From Amoebophrya sp. A120 (lineage: Eukaryota > Protista > Dinoflagellata): 64,000 bases of DNA. A program made the position numbers and the translations under genes. The DNA lies in assembly GCA_905178155.1 (NCBI GenBank), contig CAJINV010000002.1, forward strand, positions 11,874,729-11,938,728, written 5' to 3'. The notes below the pieces were generated by a model that was given only the letters and a program-made list of their open reading frames with translations, was not told where the DNA came from and did no database searches. Positions 63,749 through 64,000 of the stretch are shown piece by piece; within the stretch, counting starts at the first letter, position 1, and each line of letters starts with the position of its first letter.

Positions 63749-64000
63749 ACTTCCACAACGCCGAAAATTCGATCGAATCGCTACCCCCTTCGTCCGATTC
63801 GATCCAAAAATCTGGGCAAAAGTTGAAACAGAAACGAGAAAAAGCAGGAGCCCGCGCTTCAGATAGATTCCAGGCTCTGGCTGCCCTTATGGACCCACTT
63901 CCGCAACGCCGGAAATTGGATCGAATCGATACCCCCGGCGTCCGATTCGATCCAAAAATCTGGGCAAAAGTTGAAACAGAAACGCGAAAAAGCAGGAGCC

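Larger units (their letters stand above)
53826..64000. repeat. 148-bp tandem satellite array with two inserted elements; runs off the window
   Basis: Unit GGGCCCACTTCCACAACGCCGGAAATTGGATCGAATCGATACCCCCGTCGTCCGATTCGATCC(G/A)AAAATCTGGGCAAAAGTTGAAACAGAAACGAGAAAAAGCAGGAGCCGGCGCTTCAGATAGATTCCAGGCTCTGGCTGCCGTTAT; near-identical short ORFs recur every 148 bp. Confidence 0.98.

Noticed and set aside
53826-64000. CRISPR array or tandem RNA-gene (5S, SL, snRNA) array
   Set aside because: No unique spacers, eukaryotic context, and no recognisable 5S, spliced-leader or snRNA motifs in the unit.

Overview
This is intron-rich eukaryotic (alveolate-like) DNA. The co-oriented genes and the non-GT-AG introns bounded by inverted and direct repeats suggest the parasitic dinoflagellate Amoebophrya (Syndiniales); that attribution is inference. 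Positions 1-50 kb hold about 11 genes, all on the + strand: eIF4G, a cytochrome b5/acyl-CoA dehydrogenase fusion, Ubc13, a hypothetical protein, METTL18/Hpm1-like, SET/SMYD-like, a membrane-anchored SAM methyltransferase, ERGIC3/Erv46-like, two tandem SHP-box membrane-protein paralogs and a low-complexity protein. Most introns are ordinary GT-AG. Three are instead ~270-320 bp transposon-like units with TAT...ATA terminal inverted repeats and perfect 5-bp target duplications. Removing each with one duplication restores the protein, yet no register gives GT-AG ends. They share an internal TTTGT(G/C)ATGC motif, one has an empty site in the neighbouring paralog, and a diverged inverted relative lies at 48.4 kb. 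A PIF/Harbinger-type non-autonomous element (TTA duplication) sits in an eIF4G intron. After a palindrome array and an assembly gap (52078-52672), a ~10 kb 148-bp satellite runs to the window end. It is interrupted by two related ~1.3 kb TCA...TGA elements with 6-bp target duplications.
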